Of a DNA stretch of 35,596 bases, positions 25,797 through 34,816 are shown piece after piece. The position numbers and the translations under genes were made by a program. Under the pieces are notes generated by a model, which saw only the letters and a list, made by a program, of their open reading frames with translations, had not been told where the DNA came from and searched no databases. Numbering within the stretch: position 1 is the stretch's first letter; the number at the start of each line of letters is the position of its first letter. The stretch covers positions 1-35,596 of the forward strand of contig RHBP01000001.1 of the NCBI GenBank assembly GCA_010030955.1. Reading direction: 5' to 3'. This stretch comes from Synechococcaceae bacterium WBB_10_009 (GTDB lineage: Bacteria > Cyanobacteriota > Cyanobacteriia > PCC-6307 > Cyanobiaceae).

Positions 25797-26644
25797 CGGC
25801 GGGCGACCACGGCCCGATCAATCAGCTGGCCTTTGCTGTCCCAGGCGGCCACGGTGAGCTCCTTGGGCCCCGCTTCGATCTCCGCGAAGCTGTAGGTGCT
25901 GATGGCACGGGCGCTCTGGTCGGTGGGAAGGATGGGGCGCAGCGAAGCGCCGCCGCCACCCACCACCAGGTAGGTGATGCCATCGATGGGGCGGCTGCGC
26001 TCGTAGTTGTGCTCGTGGCCGTTGATGTAGAGCTGCACGCCATGGCGCTGCATCAACGCGCCGATCTTGGCCTGCAGGGAGGCGTTGTTGCCGTAGTAGC
26101 CCGAGGAGTAGATCGGGTGGTGGCCCACCACCACCTTCCAGGGCGCGGTGCTGCTGCCCAGCACCGAACGCAACCAGCGCAGCTGGCCGGCCCAGTCGGC
26201 GTTGCCGTTGGTGTCGAGCATGAACAGCTCCAGATCCCCACGGCGCACGCTGTAGTAGCGGCCCTTCATGCCAAAGGGCCGGTAGGCCACCTGCGGATCG
26301 CCGTTGGCGGTGCGGATGTCGTGGTTGCCCAGCACGGCGTGGAACGGCACCCCCGCCGCCAGCAGCTCGGCATAGGGCCGCTGGAACGTGGCGTTGATCA
26401 ACGCCATGTCTCCCGAGGGGTAGATGTTGTCGCCCCCCAGCACCACCAGGTCCACCGGCCGCTGCCGATGCACCGCCGCCATCTGGGCCCCCACCGCCCG
26501 CTGATGGCTGTTGCCACTGCCGGTGTCGGCCACCGCCAGGAAGCGCACCCGCCCCGAACCCGCCAGCGCGGTGGAACCGGCGACGGCCAGCGACGCCGCC
26601 ATGGCACTGGCGGACAACAGCTGCAGCAACTGGCGGCGGCGCAT
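25793..26644 (-). CDS. Tat-exported calcineurin-like metallophosphoesterase (purple acid phosphatase-like)
   Basis: MRRRQLL twin-arginine leader; motifs DTG, GDNIY, GNHD, HHP and GHEH. Confidence 0.9.
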   Translation of the reverse strand: MRRRQLLQLLSASAMAASLAVAGSTALAGSGRVRFLAVADTGSGNSHQRAVGAQMAAVHRQRPVDLVVLGGDNIYPSGDMALINATFQRPYAELLAAGVPFHAVLGNHDIRTANGDPQVAYRPFGMKGRYYSVRRGDLELFMLDTNGNADWAGQLRWLRSVLGSSTAPWKVVVGHHPIYSSGYYGNNASLQAKIGALMQRHGVQLYINGHEHNYERSRPIDGITYLVVGGGGASLRPILPTDQSARAISTYSFAEIEAGPKELTVAAWDSKGQLIDRAVVARR

Positions 26645-26863
26645 GGCGTTCCGGGCCTCAAATCGGCCCCAGGTTGGCGCATCCGGCCACTGGGGCTATG
26701 GTGTTTCTCGAAGTGATTGGCGCGAGACCCAAGCTCGCCCCATTGCTTTCATCCCCACGACCAACCTGCGCAGGGCGGTGCCAACCCGCCAGATCCGCCG
26801 GCCCCAGCGACCGAGCGATCCGCATCTCTGATCCGTGAGCGATATCCACAGTCACTGGAAACC

Positions 26864-27031
26864 ATGACAACAACAACACCCATCCCATCCACACCAAAAC
26901 AACCGTGCCCGCCGCACGCGGGGGGCCGGCCCAACGCCCATCCCAACGCCCATCGACCCCAGACCAAAGCCCAAGGCCAACCGGCCGGCACGCCGCACCC
27001 CAGCTGGGAAGATCTGCTCGGGCGACGCTGA
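26864..27031 (+). CDS. Small low-complexity hypothetical protein (55 aa)
   Basis: ATG start, Pro/Thr-rich, 12-bp tandem repeat at 26930-26953, ends in PSWEDLLGRR. Confidence 0.4.
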   Translation: MTTTTPIPSTPKQPCPPHAGGRPNAHPNAHRPQTKAQGQPAGTPHPSWEDLLGRR

Positions 27032-27089
27032 GAGCAAATCCCCTGAAGCCTCAATAGATTGAGGCGTACCCTGCCCAAGCGGCTCGGCC

Positions 27090-28400
27090 ATGGCCAAAGA
27101 GCGCTTCTTCCTGGAGCTCACGCCCCCGTCCGAGCTGCTGCGGGATGCCCCCCATGTGGTGATCATCGGGGGGGGATTCGCCGGGCTCAAGGCGGCCCAT
27201 GCCCTGGCCGGCAAAACCGTGCGGGTCACCCTGATCGACCGGCGCAACTACAACCTCTTCCAGCCCCTGCTGTATCAGGTGGCCTCCGGGCTGGTGTCCA
27301 CCTCAGACGTGGCCTCCCCCCTGCGGGTGATGCTCGGGAAGTCACCCAACATCCAGATCCTGATGGGGGAGGTGACCGACATCGACCCCAGCGCCAAGGC
27401 GGTGGTGTTCGACGACCGGCAGCTCCGCTACGACCACCTGATCGTGGCGGCCGGTGCCACCAGCAGCTACTTCGGCCACGACGACTGGCAGGCCCACGCC
27501 ACGCCGATGAAGTCGCTCAGCGATGCCAATGCCATTCGCCATCAGGTGCTCAGCGCCCTGGAGGAGGCGGAACACACCAGCGACCCGAAGCGGCGCCAGC
27601 TGTTGCAGTCGGTGGTGGTGGTGGGGGGCGGCCCCACGGGCTGTGAACTGGCGGCCTCCCTCAACGACCTGATGCGCCACACCCTCGAGCGCGACTTCAA
27701 ACAGATCGATCCCCACCAAAGCCGCGTCACCCTGGTGGATCCCGGTGATCGGGTGCTACGGGCCATGGATCCTGAGCTCTCCAAGGCGGCGGGGGATCAC
27801 CTGAAGCGCTGCGGTGTGGAGCTGCTGCTGGGGGGGCGCGTGCAGGCGATTGAAGCGGGCCGGCTGGTGGTCAACACCGCCGGCGGCGAGGTGACCCTCG
27901 AGGCGGGCACGATCTGCTGGACCGCCGGCGTGTGCGCCTCACCCCTGGGCAAGCTGCTGGCGGAACGCACCGGGTGCAGCCTCGACCGCGGCGGCCGCGT
28001 GGAGGTGGGGCCCGACTTCTCGATCCCCGGCCATCCCGAGATCCGCGTGGTGGGCGACCTGTGCAGCTACAGCCACACCGCCGACGGCAAACCCCTGCCG
28101 GGCATGGCCGGACCGGCCGTGCAGATGGGCGGATGGGTGGCCCATGACATCCTGGCGCACCTGCAAAACCAACCCCACGGCTCCTTTTCCTTCGTCGATT
28201 TCGGCAGCATGGCGGTGGTGGGACCGCTGTTTGCCGTGGCCAACCTGCGGGGCCTGAAGGTGAGCGGCAGCTTCGGCTGGTTGCTGTGGGGTCTGGCGCA
28301 CCTGGCGTTCATGCCCGAAAACGAAAATCGCCTCAGCCTGCTCACCAAATGGCTGTGGGTGATCGCCACCCGGGAACGCTCGGCCCTGGTGATTCAGTAG
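27090..28400 (+). CDS. Type-2 NADH dehydrogenase (Ndb family)
   Basis: IIGGGFAG, FQPLLYQVA, VVGGGPTGCELA, WTAGV and GD...P..A.Q.G. Confidence 0.92.
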   Translation: MAKERFFLELTPPSELLRDAPHVVIIGGGFAGLKAAHALAGKTVRVTLIDRRNYNLFQPLLYQVASGLVSTSDVASPLRVMLGKSPNIQILMGEVTDIDPSAKAVVFDDRQLRYDHLIVAAGATSSYFGHDDWQAHATPMKSLSDANAIRHQVLSALEEAEHTSDPKRRQLLQSVVVVGGGPTGCELAASLNDLMRHTLERDFKQIDPHQSRVTLVDPGDRVLRAMDPELSKAAGDHLKRCGVELLLGGRVQAIEAGRLVVNTAGGEVTLEAGTICWTAGVCASPLGKLLAERTGCSLDRGGRVEVGPDFSIPGHPEIRVVGDLCSYSHTADGKPLPGMAGPAVQMGGWVAHDILAHLQNQPHGSFSFVDFGSMAVVGPLFAVANLRGLKVSGSFGWLLWGLAHLAFMPENENRLSLLTKWLWVIATRERSALVIQ

Positions 28401-29779
28401 GTTCCGTGAGCCCCTTGGGGGCGGGCTGGATCAGCCGGGGCGTTGATCGCCGCCAGGGCGTGGTAGATCGGCTCAGGCACCAACAGGCGGCTCACCATGG
28501 CCGCCAGGGCTGAGGCCAACACAAGGCCCGGCAGCAGTTGTTGGTCGCCGGCCATGCGCAGGGCGAACAGCACCGCGATCACCGGCAGTTGGGTGGCCCC
28601 TGCCAGCCCGGCCACCATGCCCAGGGCCAAGCCCAACTGCGGCTCCGCCCCCAGCTGGCCCAAGGTCTGCCCCAGCAGGGCGCCAAAGGCGAAGGCGGGA
28701 TCAATCAAGCCGCCGGGGATCCCCACCCCCAGGGCCAACACCGGCCCCACCACCCGCAACGCCGTGCTGAGCAGCTGGCCGGAACCGCTGCCCCCCAGCG
28801 CCCCGCCCAAGGAGCCGTCCTGCAGCAGGTGCGCCATCACCAACTCGCCATCCCCACCGCTGCCGCCGCCGCTCAGCAGCAAAAACCCCGCCAACAGCAC
28901 ACCAATCACCAACCCAAGCCGCAGCGGCTGGCGCCGGATGAGCCCCTGGCAGCGCCGGGTGAACCACAGCAGCAAACGACCAAACAGCCCCCCCAGCAAC
29001 CCGCCGGCGACACCAATCAACACCGCCCAGGCCAGCTGCAACAGCTCCAACGGCGCCGCCGGCAGCACCCCCAGGGCAAACTGCGGCTGCCCCCCCAGGC
29101 TGCTGATCCCCATGGCGCTGGCGCTCACGATCAGGGCCGGCCAGATCAAGGTGGGGGAGAAGCTGCCCACGAATTCCTCCGCCACAAACACCACCCCCAG
29201 CAGCGGCGTGTTGAAGCCCCCCGCCAACCCGGCACCGGCCGCCACCGCCAGCAGGTTGCCCGGGCTCAGGCCCGGCAGCAGCATCGGGAAACGGCGTTTT
29301 AAGCCCGCCGCCACGGCTGCACCCACCTGCACCACCGGCCCCTCCCGCCCCAGGGGCAGCAGGCTGAGGGTGGCGAGGCACCAGAGCAGCAGGCGCTGCA
29401 CCGTGGGCACAGGCCCCAGCCAACGCAGGGCCTGATCCGGCTCGGCAATGGCCCGCATGGTCTGGGGGATGCCGGAGCCGGCACCACGGCTCAACAGGCC
29501 GCGCTGCAGCACCAGCAGCAACGGCACCACCAGCACCGGCGAGCAGGCCAGCAGCAGGGTGGACACCCGCCAACCCTGGCGGCTGAAGGCCGGCAGCTGC
29601 CCCAGCAGCAGGTCCTGCCAACGGTCCATCAGGTTGAAGGGCCAACAGGCCAGCCCCACCAGGCAACCCAACAGCACCAACTGCAGCAGCCGCTCCAACA
29701 GCTGCCGCCACGGCGAAGCGGATGGCGAAGGGCTGGACTGCACGGGGCTGCTCAAGGCGGCCCCCAGTTTGCCCGGCAC
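28394..29779 (-). CDS. ClC-family chloride channel/antiporter without CBS domains
   Basis: GSGIP, GREGP, FNTPL, GGLIDP (variant of GxFxP) and C-terminal PIY. Confidence 0.9.
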   Translation of the reverse strand: MPGKLGAALSSPVQSSPSPSASPWRQLLERLLQLVLLGCLVGLACWPFNLMDRWQDLLLGQLPAFSRQGWRVSTLLLACSPVLVVPLLLVLQRGLLSRGAGSGIPQTMRAIAEPDQALRWLGPVPTVQRLLLWCLATLSLLPLGREGPVVQVGAAVAAGLKRRFPMLLPGLSPGNLLAVAAGAGLAGGFNTPLLGVVFVAEEFVGSFSPTLIWPALIVSASAMGISSLGGQPQFALGVLPAAPLELLQLAWAVLIGVAGGLLGGLFGRLLLWFTRRCQGLIRRQPLRLGLVIGVLLAGFLLLSGGGSGGDGELVMAHLLQDGSLGGALGGSGSGQLLSTALRVVGPVLALGVGIPGGLIDPAFAFGALLGQTLGQLGAEPQLGLALGMVAGLAGATQLPVIAVLFALRMAGDQQLLPGLVLASALAAMVSRLLVPEPIYHALAAINAPADPARPQGAHGTY

Positions 29780-29782
29780 TGG

Positions 29783-30496
29783 CTAGAGGGTCTTGTTGTT
29801 CACCCGGCTGAGCACCAGGCCGATCAGGATCGCCACATAGAGCTGGCCGGCGATGCTGATCAACACCGACACCACGTGGCCGGTGACATCCGCGGACTGG
29901 ATCACCGGGGTGCCCACCGTGGTGAGCAGGCCGAAGGCCGCCGCCATCAGCGCGGGGGCCACCGCCACAGCGCCGATCTCACCCGCTGCGGGCACCGGCA
30001 ACGCCGAGGCCACAAAGGCACCGGGGTGCAGCACCCACAGGGCGGTGAGCACCACACCGGCGGCAATTCCCACGGTGAGGTAGCCCGAGGCGGCACCCAG
30101 CACCACCGAGGTGGTCACAAAGCGTTCACGCACCAGCGACTTCACCTTGCGCACCACCGCAAACAGCAAAAACAAACACCACACCACCACGTGGGGCAGG
30201 GTCAGCGCCCTTCCCACGGGCGGCGCCCACGCCAGGGTGATGTGCCAGATCAGTTCCATCGCCACCGCCAAGCCGCCCATGGCGTAGATCAGCGGCTTGG
30301 TGCGCTCCAGCATGGAGAAGCGGCTGAGAAACACGATCAGCACCACCGCCACAGCGCACAACATGGCCGCCAACAGCCAGGGCACCTTCGCCGCCAGGGG
30401 CAGAAGCATCACCAGCAGCAACTCCGACACCAGGGTGATCTGATAGCCGCGGTGGCGGCGCCGAAGCCGCCGCAGCTGCTCGCGGCTGAGCTTCAC
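29783..30496 (-). CDS. Ion-channel-like membrane protein (K+-channel pore-fold-like, degenerate filter)
   Basis: About five TM helices, then LTTVGTP and GQLYVAILIG, matching the pore helix and inner helix layout. Confidence 0.7.
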   Translation of the reverse strand: MKLSREQLRRLRRRHRGYQITLVSELLLVMLLPLAAKVPWLLAAMLCAVAVVLIVFLSRFSMLERTKPLIYAMGGLAVAMELIWHITLAWAPPVGRALTLPHVVVWCLFLLFAVVRKVKSLVRERFVTTSVVLGAASGYLTVGIAAGVVLTALWVLHPGAFVASALPVPAAGEIGAVAVAPALMAAAFGLLTTVGTPVIQSADVTGHVVSVLISIAGQLYVAILIGLVLSRVNNKTL

Positions 30497-31299
30497 AGGC
30501 CAGGGCTGCTCTGCATGATGCCGCCATCGGCAAAGATGCTGGTGGCGGTGATGTAGCTGGCGGCGTCGCTGGCCAGGAAGGCCACCACCTTGGCGATTTC
30601 CTCGGGCTGGGCCATGCGCCCCATCGGAATGGCGGCATTGAGCTTGGCCAGCAACTCCGGGTTGTTCATGGTGGAGTCGTTGATCGGCGTGGCCACGGCG
30701 CCGGGGCCCACGTTCACGATCGTCACGCCCTTGGAGGCCAGCTCCACACCGGCGGTGCGGGTGAGCATCCGCACCCCACCCTTGGCCACGCAGTAGGGGG
30801 TGTTGTTGGGCATCGGCCAGTCCTCGTGCACCGAGGAGATGTTGATGATCCGGCCGCCACCGCCCTGGGCGATCATCTGCTGGGCGGCGTATTGGGTGGC
30901 GAAGAACACGCCCCGCAGGTTCACGTTCAACACCTTGTCGAAATCCTCAGGGGTGGTGTCGAGGATCGAGGTGCGCGTTTCGATGCCGGCGTTGTTGACC
31001 ATCACATCGAGGCGGCCGTAACGGCTCACCGCTTCCTGCACCAGGCGCTGCAGATCATCCAGGTTCGCGACATCCGCCTGCACACCGATGCAACTGCCCC
31101 CCAGCTCACCGATCTCCTGCTCAATCGCTTCGGTGGCCTCCGGATGGGAGCGGTAGTCGATCACCACCCGCGCCCCCAGCCGCGCCACCTCCTCCACGAT
31201 CGATTTGCCGATGCCGCTGTTGCCACCGGTGACGATGATCACCTTGCCCTTGAGCAGATTGGAGAGCAACTCCTGGGCGTAGGGGTTGGAGTGGGTCAT
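30493..31299 (-). CDS. SDR oxidoreductase, glucose 1-dehydrogenase-like
   Basis: TGGNSGIG, NNAG, SSVHE, YCVAKGG, GPGAVATPIN and IPMGR, as in Bacillus-type GDH. Confidence 0.85.
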   Translation of the reverse strand: MTHSNPYAQELLSNLLKGKVIIVTGGNSGIGKSIVEEVARLGARVVIDYRSHPEATEAIEQEIGELGGSCIGVQADVANLDDLQRLVQEAVSRYGRLDVMVNNAGIETRTSILDTTPEDFDKVLNVNLRGVFFATQYAAQQMIAQGGGGRIINISSVHEDWPMPNNTPYCVAKGGVRMLTRTAGVELASKGVTIVNVGPGAVATPINDSTMNNPELLAKLNAAIPMGRMAQPEEIAKVVAFLASDAASYITATSIFADGGIMQSSPGL

Positions 31300-31530
31300 G
31301 GCGGCTGGCGTTTGTGAGCGGGCGCTTCGCCAAAAAGTTAGGAACGTGTGAACAGGTTTGCCCGCCCATGATCAGCAATCAGAAACACTTGAAAACGCCA
31401 ACGCGCCCGAGGACAGCGGTCACAAATCGACACAGTTTGCACCGCTCAACAGGGTCTCAATAGCTTGAGTTTGAACAACGTTGTGCGCGTCGGATCCCCC
31501 CACTGCGCACCAGGGCAACCCCCCATCCCC

Positions 31531-32742
31531 ATGCGCCTGAAACCATTCCTGCCAGCCATGGTCTGCCGCAGTGGCCTGGCCAAATCAGCCCTGGCGATTG
31601 CCCTGCTCTCCCTGCTTGGGGCCTGCCAACAACACACCACAAAAGTCCCGATGGGGGCGGCATGCCTGCCGGGGAGCCCGGAGGCCAAGCGCTGCCGTGA
31701 TGTTGTCATCACCAACAATCCCGACTATCCCGAATCACAATCTCCGCAGCTCACTGTTCAGGCATTCGATCCAAGTTTTGAGGCCATCGTGGGCCGAACG
31801 CCCCAATTGATTCCTCTGGCCACAGGCTTCGGATTTCTGGAAGGCCCGGTGTTCCTGAAGGACAAAACTGGACCAGGCGGCGTGTTGCTGGTCACCGATC
31901 AAATCCACAACAGCATTTATGCGGTGCGCTGGAACGGGTTGATCAACGGAGCGATCACCAGCCAATCCTGGGATCCGCCCACGCTGTTCCGCAATCCATC
32001 CGGCGTTGCAGACGGCCAGACCCCCGACCTTCAGGGCCATCTGCTCAGCGCCGAAACCACGGGCCGGCGCGTCTCGATCACCCGCTCGCTGGAGCCCAAC
32101 TTGAAGGGCCCTGAACCCCAGGCCCCAACCCTGGTGGGCAGCTACCAGGGCAAGCGCCTCAATTCGCCCAATGATCTGGTGGTCAAAAGCGATGGCAGCG
32201 TCTGGTTCACCGACCCCAGCTACGGCTCCCTGCAGTTCCCGCCCCAGCCGGCCCAACTGCCCAACAACGTTTACCGCTACGACCCGCTGCGCCAACAACT
32301 CACCGTGGTGGAGGGAAGCCTGGTGATGCCCAACGGCATTGCCTTCGGCCCGGGTGAGAAAACCCTCTACATCATCGACAGCGGTGCCATCCAGGGGCCA
32401 CGCACCTACTTCCCCTACCTGCCCCACCGCATCTACGTCTATGACGTGAGCAAGGACGGCAAAACCCTCGCCAACAGGCGTCTGTTCGCCAACGTGGCCC
32501 CGGGATTCCCCGATGGCATGCGCCTCGATGCCCAGGGCAACGTGTATGTGGGCACGCTCGAGGGGATCCATGTGATCAACCCCAAGGGCAAATTGATCGG
32601 CAAATTCCTGATGGCCAAGCAAACCGCCAACCTCAGCTTTGGCGGTGCCGACAACAACATCCTGTTCATTGGATCCAGCAACAGCCTCTGGGCTGTGAAG
32701 CTGAACACCAAAGGGCTGGTTCCGGTGCGCACGCGCCCCTGA
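31531..32742 (+). CDS. SMP-30/gluconolactonase family lipoprotein
   Basis: Lipobox LLGAC; EGP, NSPND, FTDPSYG, PNGIAF and PDGMRLD beta-propeller motifs. Confidence 0.9.
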   Translation: MRLKPFLPAMVCRSGLAKSALAIALLSLLGACQQHTTKVPMGAACLPGSPEAKRCRDVVITNNPDYPESQSPQLTVQAFDPSFEAIVGRTPQLIPLATGFGFLEGPVFLKDKTGPGGVLLVTDQIHNSIYAVRWNGLINGAITSQSWDPPTLFRNPSGVADGQTPDLQGHLLSAETTGRRVSITRSLEPNLKGPEPQAPTLVGSYQGKRLNSPNDLVVKSDGSVWFTDPSYGSLQFPPQPAQLPNNVYRYDPLRQQLTVVEGSLVMPNGIAFGPGEKTLYIIDSGAIQGPRTYFPYLPHRIYVYDVSKDGKTLANRRLFANVAPGFPDGMRLDAQGNVYVGTLEGIHVINPKGKLIGKFLMAKQTANLSFGGADNNILFIGSSNSLWAVKLNTKGLVPVRTRP

Positions 32743-32759
32743 CCACAGGGGCCAAGCGC

Positions 32760-33590
32760 TCAGTTGCCGGAGGCGGCAGGCTGATTGTCAAGGCGGATCA
32801 CCCGTGAGCCGTTGTTGCCCACGGCTGCGGCAAAGCCATTCACCAGATCCGGATTGATCCTTGCCGCCAGACCCGCCCCGGTGCGCTGCGGCAGCAGCAC
32901 CTGCACGGTGAGGGATCCACCCACCCCCGTGAGGGCGTCGTAGTTGGAGGCCAGGGTGGCGCTCCAGGTGCGCGCGAAGGAGTAGGTGAATTGCAACTGC
33001 CCCCCCACGGCCGTGCCGGTGGAGTCGCTGCCCACCAGATACACCCTGGGCTGCACCGCCAACCCGTTGGCGCCGGTGGGCAGGGAAATCTGCATGTTCA
33101 CCGATGACAACGGCACATTGGCGACCTGCTGCACGCTTGGCGCCGAAAACGGCACCCCGGCCGTGAGCACCAGCTGATAGGCCTGCCGGTTGTACTCAAG
33201 GGCCAAGCCCGCCTGCTGGAAATAGGCCCCCTGTTGCCACAGGCTGTCGTAGCCGGCGCTGGCCCCCCAGAAGCCATTGCCAGCCTCAATCAGCGTGCGC
33301 ACCCCCAGCCGGGTGCTCTGGCCGAACCCTTGAAAAAAGCCTGAGCCCGCTGGCGCGCCGATCCAGGGCTGCTCTTCAGCGAACACCTTGGCATCCACGA
33401 AATAGCGCTGCGTTGCCGTCTCCCGCAGCGGAACCACCAGGTCGTACTCCGCACGGCTGGAGCCCGTGGGCTGGGAGAGCACCAGCTTGAACATCTGGGT
33501 GGACCCCAACTGCAGCGCCTCGGCCTGCGCGGCTGGCGCCGGCACCAGCAGCAGCAACAGGGGCAGCAGGGGCCAACCGGTTTGGCTCAC
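32760..33590 (-). CDS. Outer-membrane beta-barrel protein resembling an inverse-autotransporter beta domain
   Basis: Signal peptide ending AQA, amphipathic strands, STRLGVR..WGASAGYD..FQQAGL and NYD; GTG start overlaps the MFS stop. Confidence 0.6.
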   Translation of the reverse strand: MSQTGWPLLPLLLLLVPAPAAQAEALQLGSTQMFKLVLSQPTGSSRAEYDLVVPLRETATQRYFVDAKVFAEEQPWIGAPAGSGFFQGFGQSTRLGVRTLIEAGNGFWGASAGYDSLWQQGAYFQQAGLALEYNRQAYQLVLTAGVPFSAPSVQQVANVPLSSVNMQISLPTGANGLAVQPRVYLVGSDSTGTAVGGQLQFTYSFARTWSATLASNYDALTGVGGSLTVQVLLPQRTGAGLAARINPDLVNGFAAAVGNNGSRVIRLDNQPAASGN

Positions 33591-34810
33591 GGATGCAGGG
33601 GTGGAATCCCACGGGGCTTGAGGGCCAGCGGGGCGGCCAGCAACGCCAGCAGCACGGCCGCGCCAGCCCCCATGGCAAACAGCGTGGTGATCGGCAGATC
33701 CCACTGCTGCTGAATCGCACCACCGCCAAAAGCCGCCAACCCGTAGCCCACCTGGTAGGCCCCGATCAACAACCCCGCCACCGTTTCACCCAACGGCGCC
33801 AGCTGCTTCTGCCCAAAACTGATGATCAACGGCAACATCGCCGAACAGCCCACGCCCGCACAGGCGAACAGCACCAAGGCGGTGCCGGCATCACCACCGC
33901 CGAGGCGGCTGATGGCCTCGAGCACCACCGCGAGAAACACTGGCAGCCCCGGCAGCAACAACCGCGGGGGGAAGAGCCCGGCCAGCCGGGCAAACAGCAA
34001 GCGGCCCAGCGTGACCCAACCCCAGAACAGGGTGAGCGCCATGGAGGCAACCTGCGTTGGGGCACCCACCTTCTGGGCCATCAGGATCACCGACCAGTTG
34101 CCGTTGATGGTTTCCACCAGGCCGTAGAGCACCGCAACGGCGACAAACCCAACCAACACCGGCGCGGCCACACCGCTTCGCGACTCCCCTGCGGAGGCCG
34201 CGGGCCCCGCTGCCGAAAGCTGCAGGGGCTGCTGGCGGCAGGCGGTCCACAACCACAGCGCCGCCGCCAGCACCAGCAGCGGCAGCACCCACCACACCCC
34301 CGGCCCCACCACCACCGCCGCCAGGGCGGGGGCCAGCGCCGTGCCGAGGCCCAGCAGCGCATTGAGCATCAGGATCGATTGATCCACCCGGGTGGGCTGA
34401 AAATCGGCGATGAACGTGTTGAGCACCGGCACCACCCCACCGAAGCCAAACCCCATCAGGGCGGTGGCCAGCATCAGCAGCACCAGATCCAAGCCCTGGT
34501 GGTGCATCAACAGCGCACTCAGCAGCAACACCGCCATTGAGGCGGCATCGGCCAGCAAGCCCACCAGCAGCACCCGTTTGGCCCCCCAGGCCCGCGAGAG
34601 CTGCGCGCCCAGGAACGATGCCGCAATGGCCGCGATCACCTGGGGAAGAAAGATCAGCCCATACTCACTGCGGCTGAGCCCATAGGCATCCGGTGCGGTC
34701 AGCACCGTGCTGATGGCGGGGAAGGTCACCAATGCGACCCCCTGCATCACCCCGGCCATCAGCAACAGCTGTTGCTCGCGCTGGTGGGTGCTGGTGAACG
34801 GCATGGACAT
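33587..34810 (-). CDS. MFS transporter (sugar-permease-like)
   Basis: About 12 TM helices, motif-A-like LSRAWGAKR, ETINGNW and FWGWVTLGR. Confidence 0.88.
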   Translation of the reverse strand: MSMPFTSTHQREQQLLLMAGVMQGVALVTFPAISTVLTAPDAYGLSRSEYGLIFLPQVIAAIAASFLGAQLSRAWGAKRVLLVGLLADAASMAVLLLSALLMHHQGLDLVLLMLATALMGFGFGGVVPVLNTFIADFQPTRVDQSILMLNALLGLGTALAPALAAVVVGPGVWWVLPLLVLAAALWLWTACRQQPLQLSAAGPAASAGESRSGVAAPVLVGFVAVAVLYGLVETINGNWSVILMAQKVGAPTQVASMALTLFWGWVTLGRLLFARLAGLFPPRLLLPGLPVFLAVVLEAISRLGGGDAGTALVLFACAGVGCSAMLPLIISFGQKQLAPLGETVAGLLIGAYQVGYGLAAFGGGAIQQQWDLPITTLFAMGAGAAVLLALLAAPLALKPRGIPPLHP

Positions 34811-34816
34811 GCCTCC

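Noticed and set aside
26700-26863. Glutamine-II (downstream-peptide) riboswitch before the small ORF
   Set aside because: The expected CGUUCA and GGAACG pairing segments were not found.
31311-31450. lac-operator-like half-sites (TTTGTGAGCG, CGGTCACAAA, CCGCTCAA) between the SDR and lactonase genes
   Set aside because: The halves are about 100 bp apart and form no compact palindrome, and no LacI-family gene is in the window.
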